Below are positions 28,513 to 41,754 of a DNA stretch of 52,528 bases, piece after piece; within the stretch, counting starts at the first letter, position 1; every line of letters starts with the position of its first letter. Made by a program: the position numbers and the translations under genes. This DNA comes from an uncultured Eggerthella sp. (lineage in GTDB: Bacteria > Actinomycetota > Coriobacteriia > Coriobacteriales > Eggerthellaceae), in contig URJE01000001.1 in NCBI GenBank assembly GCA_900547965.1, positions 1 through 52,528 on the forward strand, in the 5' to 3' direction. The notes beneath the pieces were generated by a model. It was not told the origin of the DNA, made no database searches, and was given only the letters and a program-made list of their open reading frames with translations.

Positions 28513-28577
28513 TGAACACGTTCATAATTACAACGACCTCACTATAACGCTTTCCCAATAAAGAATGAACACGTTCA
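28513..28577. promoter_or_regulatory. Two identical palindromic boxes TGAACACGTTCA
   Basis: Exact 12-mer (TGAAC-N2-GTTCA) at 28513-28524 and 28566-28577. Confidence 0.7.
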
Positions 28578-28798
28578 CATAGAGAATACGCCATCGTAAA
28601 TCAATCAATGCACCAACTGGTCCCGATTCGGAAGCAGGCTTCAAAGCACAAAATCCAAAGCGCCAAAAGATGCAGAATGTGAAGCTTTGAGGCATCGATC
28701 TACCGCATGAGAGCAGCTAATGCGCCATCGCTCAATCGTGAAATAACGCTCAGAAGGCAGCTTAAGCAAGCTCCCATTTATCACGTTGTCAATTGGCT

Positions 28799-29596
28799 CT
28801 ATGCCATGAAATCCCAAACGACTTTCACGAAGAAAATCAACAATACCGCTATTGTAATGGGGCGCGCGATGGCACCCCCGTTCTTGGTAAAACTATGAGA
28901 ACCCAGATAATTACCAATCATGTTGAACAAGCCGGCCAAAATGCCGAGAAGTATGACTACTTGGCCATGGAACAAAAACACGATCAATGCCGCTAAATTG
29001 GTGGTGAGATTGATTGATTTCGTAACACCTGCCGCAGAATCCAAACGCAAATGGGCAATCCCGGTCAGCATTAGCATCAAAAACGTTCCCGTTCCCGGAC
29101 CATAGAAGCCATCATAAACACCAACTGCAAAGGCAATTCCCATACAGAGCAAAGTAGTCTTACGCACCGAAAACGATTGAAGACCCGCTGCGTCAAAACT
29201 TTTTGATTTCATTACATAAATCGCCGTTACCGGAAGCACCACCAAAAGAAATAGGCGCAGAAACCCATCATCAACGAGCAACAATACATTGGAACCACAA
29301 AACGACCCCAAGAAAGCAAAGACAATGCTTGGCAACGCAAGGCGCGCATTGATGAAACCCGATTTGGCATAGTGAAACGTCGCCACGGTAGTGCCCATAC
29401 AAGAACTAAGCTTGTTTGTAGCTATAGCGGCATGCGTCGGAACACCGGCAATAAGATAAGCGGGAAGGGAAATCAACCCGCCGCCCCCAGCGATAGCATC
29501 GACATAGCCGGCCAAAAAAACAAGCCCACAGACAATTGCTAAACCTAGGGGCTCGATTCCAAAAACGTTAGAGATCAATTCAAATATCATATCCAT
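28799..29596 (-). CDS. TSUP (TauE/SafE) family transporter
   Basis: AGYVDAIAGGGGLISLP, ATNK, GVYDGFYGPGTG.F, K..NL..N. Confidence 0.92.
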   Translation of the reverse strand: MDMIFELISNVFGIEPLGLAIVCGLVFLAGYVDAIAGGGGLISLPAYLIAGVPTHAAIATNKLSSCMGTTVATFHYAKSGFINARLALPSIVFAFLGSFCGSNVLLLVDDGFLRLFLLVVLPVTAIYVMKSKSFDAAGLQSFSVRKTTLLCMGIAFAVGVYDGFYGPGTGTFLMLMLTGIAHLRLDSAAGVTKSINLTTNLAALIVFLFHGQVVILLGILAGLFNMIGNYLGSHSFTKNGGAIARPITIAVLLIFFVKVVWDFMA

Positions 29597-29632
29597 AGCG
29601 TATGGATTCTACACCGTACTAAAGCGATTTCG

Positions 29633-29680
29633 AAAAAAAAAGAAAGCGGCAAAAAGGAAACAAAACCTTTTTGCCGCTTT
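29633..29680 (-). terminator. Strong intrinsic terminator after the activase gene
   Basis: AAAGCGGCAAAAAGG / CCTTTTTGCCGCTTT followed by a long T-run on the minus strand. Confidence 0.9.
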
Positions 29681-29736
29681 AAAGAACCCTCAGATTGAAG
29701 GGTCAGCTAAAGAGCGTCATGAGCGAAACACGAGTA

Positions 29737-32700
29737 TTATGCGCGCGTAGTCTCCACTTCGCTTTCGGTATGAAACTCGGTAGTACTTCTCTCTTCCAAG
29801 TGCTTCTGCTCGGCCTTGAGCTCTTCGGCGAGGTTCGCCTTCGCAACCGAAATCATCAGCTTGATGCGATTGAGCTGGTTAACCTCGGAAGCACCAGGGT
29901 CATAATCAACCGCAACAATGTTAGTGCCCTTATAGCGACGACGCAGTTCCTTAATAACCGCCTTGCCGACAACATGGTTCGGCAAGCATGCGAAAGGCTG
30001 GGCACACACGATGTTCGGTGCACCGTTGCGAATGAGCTCACACATTTCAGCGGTAAGAAGCCAGCCTTCACCCATCGAATTGCATAGAGACAGAATCTCC
30101 TCGGCATAGCTTGCCAGCTCAAAGATATCCGTGGGCGGCTCGAAGCGCGTTGACTTAGCCAAGGCATCATTCATAGGTTTGCGCAGCTTCGCAATGGCGG
30201 CCAAGCCCGCCTTTGCACCCATCGCACCCTTCTTCGACTTGCCTACACCTTCCTGCTGGAAGATCGAGCCAGCAATACCGAACAAGAAGAAGTCAACCAA
30301 TCCAGGCACAACCGCTTCGCAGCCTTCCGCCTCGATGACATCGACTACCTGGTTGTTTGCCGTGGGATGGAACTTAACCAAAATCTCGCCAACAACTCCG
30401 ACGCGCGGCTTGGTTCCCTCGCCCTGCAGCGGCAAGTTATCGAAGTCGTCTACAATGGCGCGAACCGTCTTCTTGTAGCGACCGAATTTCTCGCCTTCGG
30501 CGATTTGCAGCTTGCATTTTTCCATCCAGTAATCGAACAACTGCTCTGCCGCACCCTTTTCGATCTCATACGGGCGCGTACGGTACAGGCACTGCATAAG
30601 CAAGTCGCCGTAGAACAACGCAAATATAGCGTTGTACAGCATGGTGGCAGTTACCTTGAAACCAGGATTTGATTCATCCAGCTTCTTGAATGCGAGCGAG
30701 ATAACAGGGATATGACCCAGACCCGCCGCCTTCAACGCCTTGCGGATGAGGCTGATGTAGTTGGTTGCACGACAGCCGCCACCTGTTTGGGTAATGATCA
30801 CCGCAAGCTTATCGGTGTCATAACGGCCAGATGTAACCGCTTCCATGATCTGGCCAGTAACCAGGATGGATGGGTAACAAATATCGTTGTTCACATACTT
30901 CAGGCCAGCATCCACCGCACCATGGTCTACCGCTGGTAGCAATTCAAGGTTGTAGCCATTTGAGCGGAAGATCGGTACAAGCAAGTCGAAATGGATAGGA
31001 GCCATCTGGGGACAAAGAATAGTGTACCCGGCATCTTTCATCTCTTGAGTGAACTGAACCTTCGGGAATGCAGTGGATTCGGCTTCACGAATATGAGGGT
31101 TATCATGCTCATCAATCGTCCCACACGAACAGGTGCTTCCTTGGCCATTGGCAATCTCTGCGGCAACCGCAGCGCCAGCCTCGGCTTCACGAGCACCGGT
31201 CTTGGCATTGATAACAGCCTCACGTGCAGCGACATCCGCCTCAAGCTTATCGGCATCAATGCCGCAAACAGGACAGCCACCCTCAATCGCATTCTGCTCA
31301 GCGCGCTCGTCGGATTGGTCTTTCAACGCAGCCAGCAAAGAGCGAACTCGAATACGAGCAGCGCCCAAATTGGAAACCTCATCGATTTTCAGGACGGTAT
31401 AGATCTTGCCCGAACCTTCCAGGATCTCCTGAACCTGATCGGTGGTAACAGCATCAAGACCACATCCGAAGCTGTTCAATTGAATTAAATCGAGATCATC
31501 ACGCTGGGTTACCACCTTTGCGGCACGGTACAAACGCGTATGGTACATCCACTGGTCAACAGCGCGAAGAGGTCGTTCGACCTGACCCAAATGAGCAATT
31601 GAATCTTCGGTAAACACAGCCAAGCCAAAGCTGGTAAGCAATTCGGGAATTGCGTGGTTGATTTCGGGGTCGTCGTGATACGGACGGCCAGCCAGTACGA
31701 TGCCGTGCACCCCATGCTCTTCTATCCATTTCAGGGTTTCCATACCCTTGTTGTGGATATCTTCGTGAAGCTGCTCGTCTTCAGCCCATGCGGCATCTAC
31801 TGCAGCATCAATTTCAGCCTGCGTGGGAGCAGGAGCGGAGCCCATAAGTTCGGGGTGCTTCTCAACAAGCTCGACATACAAGCGCTCCTTCAGTTTGTCC
31901 TTCATGTGATAGGGAACAAAAGGATTCAGGAACTGGATATCCGTCTCGTTCAGTGCATCAACATTGAGTTTCAACGCCTCGGAATAGCTCATTACGATAG
32001 GGCAATTGAAATGATTGCCTGCGGTCTCGTCTTCCTGACGCTCATACTTAGCACACGGCATCCAAATAAAATCGATGTCTTTCTCGAGCAAGTTCATGAT
32101 ATGACCGTGAGATAGCTTGGCTGGATAGCACACGCTCTCGGAAGGCATAGACTCGATACCTGCTTCGTATGTTTTCTTAGTCGAAGGATCGGAGAGCTCG
32201 ACACGGAAACCAAGTTCGGTAAAGAACGTGAACCAGAACGGATAGTTTTCGTACATGTTCAAGGCACGAGGAATGCCAACCGTGGAACGAGTTGCCTCTT
32301 CCTTGGACAGAGGCTGATAATGGTCGAATAGGCGATGGGTCTTATATTCGAACAAGTTTGGAACCTTGGCGGCTTCTTCTGCCAATCCCGCGCCCTTTTC
32401 GCAACGATTACCCGTGATAAAGCGACGGTGCTTACCCGTTTCCTCATCAATGCCAAAATCGTTGATAGTGAGCAAGCAGTGATTCGAGCATGCTTTACAG
32501 CGCACATTGCGATGCGTAGGCTCAAGCGCACGCAAGGCATCCAGTCCAAGCATGGTTGTTTGAGCAGGAACGCCCGAGGCCACTTCCTTAGCATGAGCGC
32601 GATCGCGCGCCAGTAGGGCCGCACCATATGCACCCATGTTTCCAGCAATGTCGGGACGAACTGCATTGGTTTCAGCCAGCTGCTCGAATGCGCGCAAAAC

Positions 32701-34368
32701 AGCATCGTTTAAGAACGTGCCGCCCTGGACAATAACCTTATTGCCAACTTCGTGGGGGTCGCGGATTTTGATTACCTTGAACAAGGCATTTTTGATAACG
32801 GAAAGTGCCAAGCCAGCAGCGATGTCACCAACCGTGGCACCTTCCTTCTGAGCCTGCTTAACGCGACTGTTCATGAACACCGTACAACGGCTGCCCAAAT
32901 CAACAGGATTTTCAGCCTTGATAGCGCTCTGGGCGAATTCGGACACGTCAAGATTCAAACCCGATGCAAAGCTCTCGATAAACGAACCGCAGCCAGAGGA
33001 GCACGCCTCGTTCAGCATGATGTGGTCAATCACGCCGTCCTTAACGCGCAGACACTTCATGTCCTGACCGCCAATATCCAGAATGAACTCAACGCCTGGA
33101 AGCATTTCCTGAGAACCGCGGAGATGCGCAACCGTTTCGATCTCGCCGGAATCCACACGCAAAGCTTCGAGCAGCAATGCCTCGCCGTAGCCAGTAACCG
33201 TAACATGGGCGATGTTCACCTTGGGCTTGCCCAATTCATCGACAGGAAGTTGCTGATACAGCTCGGCAACGGCACGCTTCGCGCATCCCAAAACGTCGCC
33301 TTTGTTGTTGACATAGCTACTCCACAAAAGGCTGCCATCTTCGCCGATAAGAGCACTCTTGAATGTAGTAGAGCCAGCATCAATGCCAAGAAAAGCAGCC
33401 CCTTCATAGGCTGAAAGGTCGGCACGACGAACCTTTTCGCTATTATGGCGCTGCTTGAATTCGCGATAATCGGCCTCATCTTTAAATAAGGGAGGGAGAC
33501 GAACCACTTCGCTGCCCTGCACATCGCCCAGATTTTCAAGACGCTCAACAACATCAGAAAGCAACTCAGCTTTAGCTTCAGAACCAGCCAACGCGCAACC
33601 GCTTGCCACAAAAAGATGAGCATTATCAGGAACGATAATATGTTCGTCATCAAGCTCGAGCGTTTCATAGAAGCGCTTGCGAAGTTCAGGCAAGTACTGA
33701 AGCGGACCGCCGAGGAACGCAACATGACCGCGAATCGGACGACCGCATGCCAAACCGGAAATGGTTTGCGTGACAACGCTCTGGAAAATCGATGCGGCAA
33801 TATCTTCTTTTTTAGCTCCCTCGTTCAAAAGGGGCTGTACGTCGGTCTTGGCGAATACGCCACAACGGCTAGCAATCGGATACAGCACCGTATGATGTTG
33901 AGCAAGCTCATTCAATCCCGTTGCGTCAGTATCCAACAACGCGGCCATCTGATCGATGAATGCGCCAGTACCACCAGCGCACGTACCGTTCATGCGCTGT
34001 TCGATGCCATTATCGAAGTAGATGATCTTTGCGTCTTCGCCACCAAGTTCGATAGCGACATCGGTTTTAGGGATAAATGTCTCAACTGCCGTTTTGGAAG
34101 CGATTACTTCCTGAACGAATTCGATTCCGAGCCATTGGGAAAGCAACAGACCGCCGGAGCCAGTGATGGCCACCGTTACCTCTTTATCAGGAAATTGCGC
34201 TGCCGCTTCTTGCAATACCTCCAACACCGTCGCACGAACATCCGCGTGGTGGCGTCGATAGACTGAATAAACGATCTGATCGTCTTCGTCCAAAACTGCA
34301 ACTTTTACCGTGGTTGATCCCACGTCGATACCCAGATGGAGCTTAGATACTCCAGCTTCGGTTGCCAT
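29737..34368 (-). CDS. Large acyl-CoA dehydratase activase-related fusion (two BadF/BadG/BcrAD ASKHA ATPase modules plus DUF2229-type C-terminal region)
   Basis: GIDVGSTT...ELGGEDAK...[10 protein letters not shown]...SRCGVFA; second copy GIDAGSTT...DIGGQDMK...NEACSSGCG...SRCTVF; then [49 protein letters not shown]. Confidence 0.9.
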   Translation of the reverse strand: MATEAGVSKLHLGIDVGSTTVKVAVLDEDDQIVYSVYRRHHADVRATVLEVLQEAAAQFPDKEVTVAITGSGGLLLSQWLGIEFVQEVIASKTAVETFIPKTDVAIELGGEDAKIIYFDNGIEQRMNGTCAGGTGAFIDQMAALLDTDATGLNELAQHHTVLYPIASRCGVFAKTDVQPLLNEGAKKEDIAASIFQSVVTQTISGLACGRPIRGHVAFLGGPLQYLPELRKRFYETLELDDEHIIVPDNAHLFVASGCALAGSEAKAELLSDVVERLENLGDVQGSEVVRLPPLFKDEADYREFKQRHNSEKVRRADLSAYEGAAFLGIDAGSTTFKSALIGEDGSLLWSSYVNNKGDVLGCAKRAVAELYQQLPVDELGKPKVNIAHVTVTGYGEALLLEALRVDSGEIETVAHLRGSQEMLPGVEFILDIGGQDMKCLRVKDGVIDHIMLNEACSSGCGSFIESFASGLNLDVSEFAQSAIKAENPVDLGSRCTVFMNSRVKQAQKEGATVGDIAAGLALSVIKNALFKVIKIRDPHEVGNKVIVQGGTFLNDAVLRAFEQLAETNAVRPDIAGNMGAYGAALLARDRAHAKEVASGVPAQTTMLGLDALRALEPTHRNVRCKACSNHCLLTINDFGIDEETGKHRRFITGNRCEKGAGLAEEAAKVPNLFEYKTHRLFDHYQPLSKEEATRSTVGIPRALNMYENYPFWFTFFTELGFRVELSDPSTKKTYEAGIESMPSESVCYPAKLSHGHIMNLLEKDIDFIWMPCAKYERQEDETAGNHFNCPIVMSYSEALKLNVDALNETDIQFLNPFVPYHMKDKLKERLYVELVEKHPELMGSAPAPTQAEIDAAVDAAWAEDEQLHEDIHNKGMETLKWIEEHGVHGIVLAGRPYHDDPEINHAIPELLTSFGLAVFTEDSIAHLGQVERPLRAVDQWMYHTRLYRAAKVVTQRDDLDLIQLNSFGCGLDAVTTDQVQEILEGSGKIYTVLKIDEVSNLGAARIRVRSLLAALKDQSDERAEQNAIEGGCPVCGIDADKLEADVAAREAVINAKTGAREAEAGAAVAAEIANGQGSTCSCGTIDEHDNPHIREAESTAFPKVQFTQEMKDAGYTILCPQMAPIHFDLLVPIFRSNGYNLELLPAVDHGAVDAGLKYVNNDICYPSILVTGQIMEAVTSGRYDTDKLAVIITQTGGGCRATNYISLIRKALKAAGLGHIPVISLAFKKLDESNPGFKVTATMLYNAIFALFYGDLLMQCLYRTRPYEIEKGAAEQLFDYWMEKCKLQIAEGEKFGRYKKTVRAIVDDFDNLPLQGEGTKPRVGVVGEILVKFHPTANNQVVDVIEAEGCEAVVPGLVDFFLFGIAGSIFQQEGVGKSKKGAMGAKAGLAAIAKLRKPMNDALAKSTRFEPPTDIFELASYAEEILSLCNSMGEGWLLTAEMCELIRNGAPNIVCAQPFACLPNHVVGKAVIKELRRRYKGTNIVAVDYDPGASEVNQLNRIKLMISVAKANLAEELKAEQKHLEERSTTEFHTESEVETTRA

Positions 34369-34379
34369 GGTGAATCTCC

Positions 34380-35039
34380 TCACATTCGAATAGGTTCTCC
34401 CGGTTTGATGAAAAGCAAACGCATAGCAATAAGCGCCATTTCCTCCGAGCTTTCCTTCATTCCGGTTTCAATCCAATGGGTTATAACGCCTAAATATGCT
34501 GAAGCATAGAAGGCAAGATAGTAATCAACAAATGCACTGGGGTCATTGCGATACTGCTCGTGAAGCACGCTCTGAATAAGGTGAGCGCATACCGAATCTC
34601 GCAAGCGAGGACCAAAACGAATATCGCCCCCAGGACCCAATACTGCATGCAGGAAAGCGCCTTGTTTGCTCAGGTAATCGAAGAGATCCACCAAAAAAGG
34701 AAGCGGACGCTTTGCGAATCGCGCCGCAACTACCTCTTTTATATCGATAGATTCCATCTGGGTCTGAATAGCGACTAAATCGCGCATCACTTCATCTTCG
34801 AACGATTCAAGCAGGTGTTCTTTATCGCGAAAGTGATTGTAGAACGTACCGCGATTAAGGTCAGCTGCAGAGCACAGGTCGTTGACCGTAATGGAGTCAA
34901 ACCCTTTTTCCTCCATCAGAAAGATGAGCGCACCGCGCAGTGCTCTCTTGCTGCGCGTAATACGGCGATCCTCAAGGCAAGGCTCAATGGCCGTAATAGC
35001 GTTTTCGCTACGCGAGTGCATACTGATACCAGCTGGCAC
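34380..35039 (-). CDS. TetR/AcrR-family transcriptional regulator
   Basis: [11 protein letters not shown]...[34 protein letters not shown] start at 35039 after GAAGGGG is preferred; the ORF track start at 35348 runs through the promoter. Confidence 0.9.
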   Translation of the reverse strand: MPAGISMHSRSENAITAIEPCLEDRRITRSKRALRGALIFLMEEKGFDSITVNDLCSAADLNRGTFYNHFRDKEHLLESFEDEVMRDLVAIQTQMESIDIKEVVAARFAKRPLPFLVDLFDYLSKQGAFLHAVLGPGGDIRFGPRLRDSVCAHLIQSVLHEQYRNDPSAFVDYYLAFYASAYLGVITHWIETGMKESSEEMALIAMRLLFIKPGEPIRM

Positions 35040-35104
35040 GTTAGCCCCTTCCCCTTGCATGATCGCAAACAACTTCCCCGACGTTACATCAATCACACTG
35101 ATCG

Positions 35105-35157
35105 TTAATGAACACAGTGTGCAATAACATAGTACCAAGGGGCTGCGACTCGGGCAA
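35105..35157 (-). promoter_or_regulatory. tetR-activase promoter with adjacent dyad operator
   Basis: Minus-strand TTGCCC (35157-52), 17 bp, TACTAT (35134-29); imperfect 23-bp palindrome TTAATGAACACAGTGTGCAATAA at 35105-35127 over the predicted start site. Confidence 0.65.
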
Positions 35158-35365
35158 GAAATGGACTCTAAAAACGGCAGCATTGTGACAATCAAAGCAC
35201 TTCTATCACTCAAACAAATCGACGCGTTGGTTGCTAGAGTGTCCTGATCGGCACCATGCAACGATAGTGTATCTATAACGTAAGCTATGCGTTCGCAACT
35301 GCGCTTGCTGACGGCAGTGATAGAATTATTGAATTGCTGAAACCACAACGAAAGGGATCGTTTCC

Positions 35366-36730
35366 ATGCAGATCACCCCGGAAGAGATCGCTGAAACGCT
35401 TGCAATGGTAAGCAAGCAGCACCTCGATATTCGTACCATCACCCTCGGCTTGAACCTGCGCGGCTGCACTCACGAAGATGTGAACGTTATGGCTCGCAAG
35501 GTATACGATCGCATGACCACCGCAGCCGAAAAGCTTGTTCCCACCGCTGAACAGCTCGAACGCGAATACGGCATCCCAATCGTAAACAAGCGTATTTCCG
35601 TAACCCCCATCGCCGAAATCTGCGCTGCAACCCAAGCTACCGACCTTTCCCCCATCGCTATCGCAATGGATAAGGCAGGCAAAGAAGTTGGCGTCGATTT
35701 CGTTGGCGGCTTTTCCGCGCTCGTTCACAAGGGTGCCTCTCGTGCCGACAACAACCTCATGGAATCAATTCCCGCTGCCCTTGCCGCAACAGATAATGTA
35801 TGCGCATCGGTAAATGTTGGCTCAACACGCGCCGGCATTAATATGGATGCCGCATTCAAAATGGCCGGGATCATCAAACAGGCCGCAGAGGCAACCAAAG
35901 ACAAACAGTGCATTGGCGCGGGCAAATTGGTTGTATTCTGCAACGCCGTCGAGGATAACCCCTTTATGGCTGGCGCATTCCATGGCTCGGGTGAGGCCGA
36001 TGCAGTAGTCAACGTTGGCGTATCGGGTCCTGGCGTTGTAAACAATGTCCTGCGCAACATGCCCAAAGATGCCGATATGACCTCCATCGCTGAAGCCATC
36101 AAGGCAACCGCCTTCAAGATCACTCGAGCAGGCGAACTCATGAGCCGCGAAGCCAGCCGACGCCTGGGCGTACAGAAAGGCATTTTGGACCTGTCTCTTG
36201 CGCCCACGCCTGCTGAAGGCGACTCGGTTGCAGAAATCCTGGAAGCTATTGGCGTTGGCCAATGTGGCGGCCCAGGTACCACGGCAGCCCTCGCTATGCT
36301 CAACGACGCTGTCAAAAAGGGCGGCGTTATGGCAAGCAGCAGTGTAGGCGGTCTTTCCGGCGCATTTATCCCTGTATCCGAAGACGCTGGCATGATTCGC
36401 GCAGCGGAGTCAGGCGCACTCCGCCTGGAAAAGCTCGAAGCCATGACCTGCGTTTGCTCCGTCGGCCTCGATATGATCGCCATCCCCGGAGACACGAGCG
36501 TCGAAGCAATCTTCGGCATCATTGCCGATGAATGCGCTATCGGCATGATCAACAACAAAACAACCGCAGTTCGCCTTATTCCCGCTATTGGCAAGAAGGT
36601 TGGCGACAAGCTCGATTTCGGAGGCTTGCTTGGCTATGCGCCGGTAATGCCGGTAAACGAACATGCTGGTACGGTATTCGCCCATCGCGGCGGCCGCATG
36701 CCTGCTCCGCTCAATTCCCTGAAGAACTAG
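35366..36730 (+). CDS. DUF711 / UPF0210 (PFL-like fold) protein
   Basis: [80 protein letters not shown]. Confidence 0.95.
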   Translation: MQITPEEIAETLAMVSKQHLDIRTITLGLNLRGCTHEDVNVMARKVYDRMTTAAEKLVPTAEQLEREYGIPIVNKRISVTPIAEICAATQATDLSPIAIAMDKAGKEVGVDFVGGFSALVHKGASRADNNLMESIPAALAATDNVCASVNVGSTRAGINMDAAFKMAGIIKQAAEATKDKQCIGAGKLVVFCNAVEDNPFMAGAFHGSGEADAVVNVGVSGPGVVNNVLRNMPKDADMTSIAEAIKATAFKITRAGELMSREASRRLGVQKGILDLSLAPTPAEGDSVAEILEAIGVGQCGGPGTTAALAMLNDAVKKGGVMASSSVGGLSGAFIPVSEDAGMIRAAESGALRLEKLEAMTCVCSVGLDMIAIPGDTSVEAIFGIIADECAIGMINNKTTAVRLIPAIGKKVGDKLDFGGLLGYAPVMPVNEHAGTVFAHRGGRMPAPLNSLKN

Positions 36731-36750
36731 CAGCAGCTTCACCGCAAATG

Positions 36751-36789
36751 AAACATGGCCCCCAATTGTAATTGGGGGCCATGTTGTTT
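36751..36789. terminator. Terminator between convergent genes
   Basis: AACATGGCCCCCAATT / AATTGGGGGCCATGTT 16-bp inverted repeat. Confidence 0.85.
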
Positions 36790-36828
36790 CTGGCCAGTGA
36801 AGCAATAGCTCGGCATGATTGCATTGAG

Positions 36829-37146
36829 CTAAAGAGAGAACGGTCGAATACCTTTTACCGTAATATCTTTCATGCCGAAAAAACTTCGCAGATCGAAATA
36901 GACCTCATCGTCGATTTCCAAACCCTTTTCCAGCACAAGCATCTCACCAAACGGGGCATCAAACACGCCGCATCGTTTTGCTTTCAGTCGAGGCACGTCT
37001 TTATCGCGTACAAAACGTGAATGGAGCTCGGTCATGTCGGCGCAGCAGCCTTTTGGGCTAAGAGGCTCCACGGCAATACAGTGATAACCCCTGCGATCCA
37101 TATATTCCATAAGCTTCTGGGAAGCGCTGATGGTTATTCGCCTCAC
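36829..37146 (-). CDS. 105-aa hypothetical protein with a GCC motif
   Basis: AGGAGG RBS; GTGA start overlaps the tlyA stop, indicating translational coupling. Confidence 0.75.
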   Translation of the reverse strand: MRRITISASQKLMEYMDRRGYHCIAVEPLSPKGCCADMTELHSRFVRDKDVPRLKAKRCGVFDAPFGEMLVLEKGLEIDDEVYFDLRSFFGMKDITVKGIRPFSL

Positions 37147-37883
37147 GCTTCGCCTCCTAGAAACGTAGCATGAACAAGGTACTCCACATTTCCTTCAGCA
37201 CCTTTAATCGAGCTCTCCACTACTCCATTCACCCTAAAGCCCACCTCGCGCAACGCTTGGGTCACTTCATCAACGACACGTTGACGAACCGCTTCGCTGC
37301 GAACAATGCCATGATCGGTTTCCTCATGCTGACTTTCAAACTGCGGTTTAATAAGCCCCAAAAAGATGCTGCCCTTTTCACAAAGATTGGCAAATACATC
37401 AGCTAGCTGGGCCAATCCGATAAAGCTTAAGTCGCATACCACCATATCGAATGGAGCGCCAAGGCTCTCGGGGCTCGCTAAGCGGATGTTGGTGCGTTCA
37501 AACACGCTCACACGAGGATCTTGACGCAAGCTCCAAGCGAGCTGACCGTAGTTAACGTCTACGCATGCCACACTGGCAGCCCCCGCCTGAAGCAGGCAAT
37601 CCGAAAAACCGCCCGTAGAAGACCCCACATCAATGCAACGAAAGCCCGTAACATCCTGCCGAAAGTGATCAAGCGCACCCTGGAGCTTATGCCCACCACG
37701 GGAAACGAATTTCTTGGTATTTTTGACGAAAAGATCAGCATCGGGACGAACCTTTAAAGCGGCGCTCGACACATACACATCGTCAACTCGTACCTCGCGC
37801 GCAATAACCGCACGCAAAGCCGCATCCCTGTCGGCAAAGTAACCCTGCTCAACAAGCAGATCATCTACGCGAATCTTTGCCAT
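37143..37883 (-). CDS. tlyA: TlyA-family rRNA 2'-O-methyltransferase
   Basis: S4 domain, FVSRGGHKL, DVGSSTGGFSDCLLQ, DLSFI, IKPQFE, G..GNVEY. Confidence 0.95.
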   Translation of the reverse strand: MAKIRVDDLLVEQGYFADRDAALRAVIAREVRVDDVYVSSAALKVRPDADLFVKNTKKFVSRGGHKLQGALDHFRQDVTGFRCIDVGSSTGGFSDCLLQAGAASVACVDVNYGQLAWSLRQDPRVSVFERTNIRLASPESLGAPFDMVVCDLSFIGLAQLADVFANLCEKGSIFLGLIKPQFESQHEETDHGIVRSEAVRQRVVDEVTQALREVGFRVNGVVESSIKGAEGNVEYLVHATFLGGEA

Positions 37884-37885
37884 AA

Positions 37886-40111
<2,226 letters not shown>

Positions 40112-40224
40112 TCACAACGTTGATGCTCTACAAGCCAATCAGCGAACGCAACATAGACCTACCAACAACCCAACAAAGCAAAAGCTAGCATCAGATGCAT
40201 CACGCCAAGACAACAGCAATAGCG

Positions 40225-41091
40225 CTAATTTGTTCTATTGCCTATACGCATAAACGCCTCGGGCACAGCATAAAGCACATCCTCGGCGCAGGCGCTAACA
40301 ACACCTTTGCGCTCAGAGGCAATGTTGCCTGCTTCTGCATGTATATATACCCCCAGATGAGCAGCATCGAAAGCGTCCATACCCTGAGCAAGCAAGCCAC
40401 CAATTACCCCAGCAAGCACATCGCCCGTACCGGCTTTTGCAAGTGCAACGGTGCCATTCGTTACCCTGCAGCTATGCTCTGCCGAAGCGATTACCGTATC
40501 GGACCCCTTAAGAACAACAACGGCACCATAAGCCAATGCAAGAGAATAGGCTACTTCTTCTTGCGACATATTGTCCAAGTTTAGTCCAAAAGGGGCACCG
40601 AGACGCGCTGCTTCACCCTTATGCGGAGTTAGGACGGTTGCACACCCCCGCTCAGTGCGACGACGCAACACTTTGCGCATTTTCAGCGAGGACATGAACG
40701 AAAGGGCGCCGCCATCCACCAACACTGGCGCCGACGCCTGCTTCAGAACACGGCGAGCCACATTTTCGGCATCCGCATCCGAGGAATCAAACCCCGGCCC
40801 AACCACAAAGGCGCCAGGATGCTGCACGGGAAGAGCAGAGGCAACATCCAATGAGGCGAAAGAGCCAACCACAAGCGAAGGACGAAACGCCTGGATCAGT
40901 GCTATGTTGCTTTTCGCTGTGAAAACCTGCGTATAGCCCGCACCAGCAAGCTGCGTCGCGCAAGACGACAGGCATGCGGCACCCGGATAAGCGGCGGAGC
41001 CAGCGACAACTATCGCTTTACCTCGGGAATACTTATGGGAATCAGCAGGTGGAATAGGTACTAGCGACGCATAGTCCGTGTTGCTATCCAT
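40225..41091 (-). CDS. nnrD: ADP-dependent NAD(P)H-hydrate dehydratase (stand-alone)
   Basis: HKYSRG...AGS..YPGAA, GPG, LTPH.GE, LKG, LAKAGTGDVLAG; ATG 41091 after AAGGAG. Confidence 0.92.
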   Translation of the reverse strand: MDSNTDYASLVPIPPADSHKYSRGKAIVVAGSAAYPGAACLSSCATQLAGAGYTQVFTAKSNIALIQAFRPSLVVGSFASLDVASALPVQHPGAFVVGPGFDSSDADAENVARRVLKQASAPVLVDGGALSFMSSLKMRKVLRRRTERGCATVLTPHKGEAARLGAPFGLNLDNMSQEEVAYSLALAYGAVVVLKGSDTVIASAEHSCRVTNGTVALAKAGTGDVLAGVIGGLLAQGMDAFDAAHLGVYIHAEAGNIASERKGVVSACAEDVLYAVPEAFMRIGNRTN

Positions 41092-41095
41092 GGGT

Positions 41096-41752
41096 TTACG
41101 CTCCTTCTTTCCCATTGGCAGTCGGCAGGTCATCCAAAAGGGAACGAGCCTCCTTGAATCGACGCGACAAATCCTGAGCTGGCGTGGCAACGCGCGCTTT
41201 TGCCTTCGTGCGAGAATCCTCAGTCAAGGCAAGCGCACAAGCAACAGCTTCGTTGTGCGTGTATGAGAGCGAAAGCGGAATCTCTTCGATGCCTAAATAA
41301 GCGGCCATCTTCGCGGCGGCTCTATGAAGCCGAACGCGAGGCTTGCCTTTGGCATTGAGGTACACCTCAATATCATTAGGCCTGATACCGTGTCTGAAAC
41401 CCGTTCCTAAGGCCTTAACCACGGCCTCTTTTGCGGCAAAGCGCGTAGCGTAATGAAACTCGGGTGAAGCTGTTACATCACAATAGGCTCGCTCTTCACA
41501 CGAAAACGAACGCTCGATGAAAGCAGGCGAACGCTTCATGATTGCACGTATACGCGCAACCTCAACAATATCTACGCCCATCGATACCGATTCGGGCAGA
41601 ATGCCCGCTTTCTGCGCATCTTGAGTTGCTTCATGCATAGCGGATATCGCGGACGTTTCATTGAGAGCGGCAGAAGAAACGGCACCGCCCTTTTGAGCAG
41701 TGCCGCCTTCAACCATGCCTCGATTTCCTTTCGAAGGATCAGACATGAGCAT
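41096..41752 (-). CDS. acpS: Holo-[acyl-carrier-protein] synthase with N- and C-terminal extensions
   Basis: GVDIVEV.R, F...E, RFAAKEAV.KALGTG, GKP, LSLSYT. Exact start uncertain. Confidence 0.9.
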   Translation of the reverse strand: MLMSDPSKGNRGMVEGGTAQKGGAVSSAALNETSAISAMHEATQDAQKAGILPESVSMGVDIVEVARIRAIMKRSPAFIERSFSCEERAYCDVTASPEFHYATRFAAKEAVVKALGTGFRHGIRPNDIEVYLNAKGKPRVRLHRAAAKMAAYLGIEEIPLSLSYTHNEAVACALALTEDSRTKAKARVATPAQDLSRRFKEARSLLDDLPTANGKEGA

Positions 41753-41754
41753 AC

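Noticed and set aside
28513..28577. Repeats interpreted as LexA (SOS) boxes or a mini-CRISPR
   Set aside because: Gram-positive SOS boxes are GAAC-N4-GTTC, whereas the spacer here is N2; two 12-bp copies are too short for a CRISPR array and no cas genes are present
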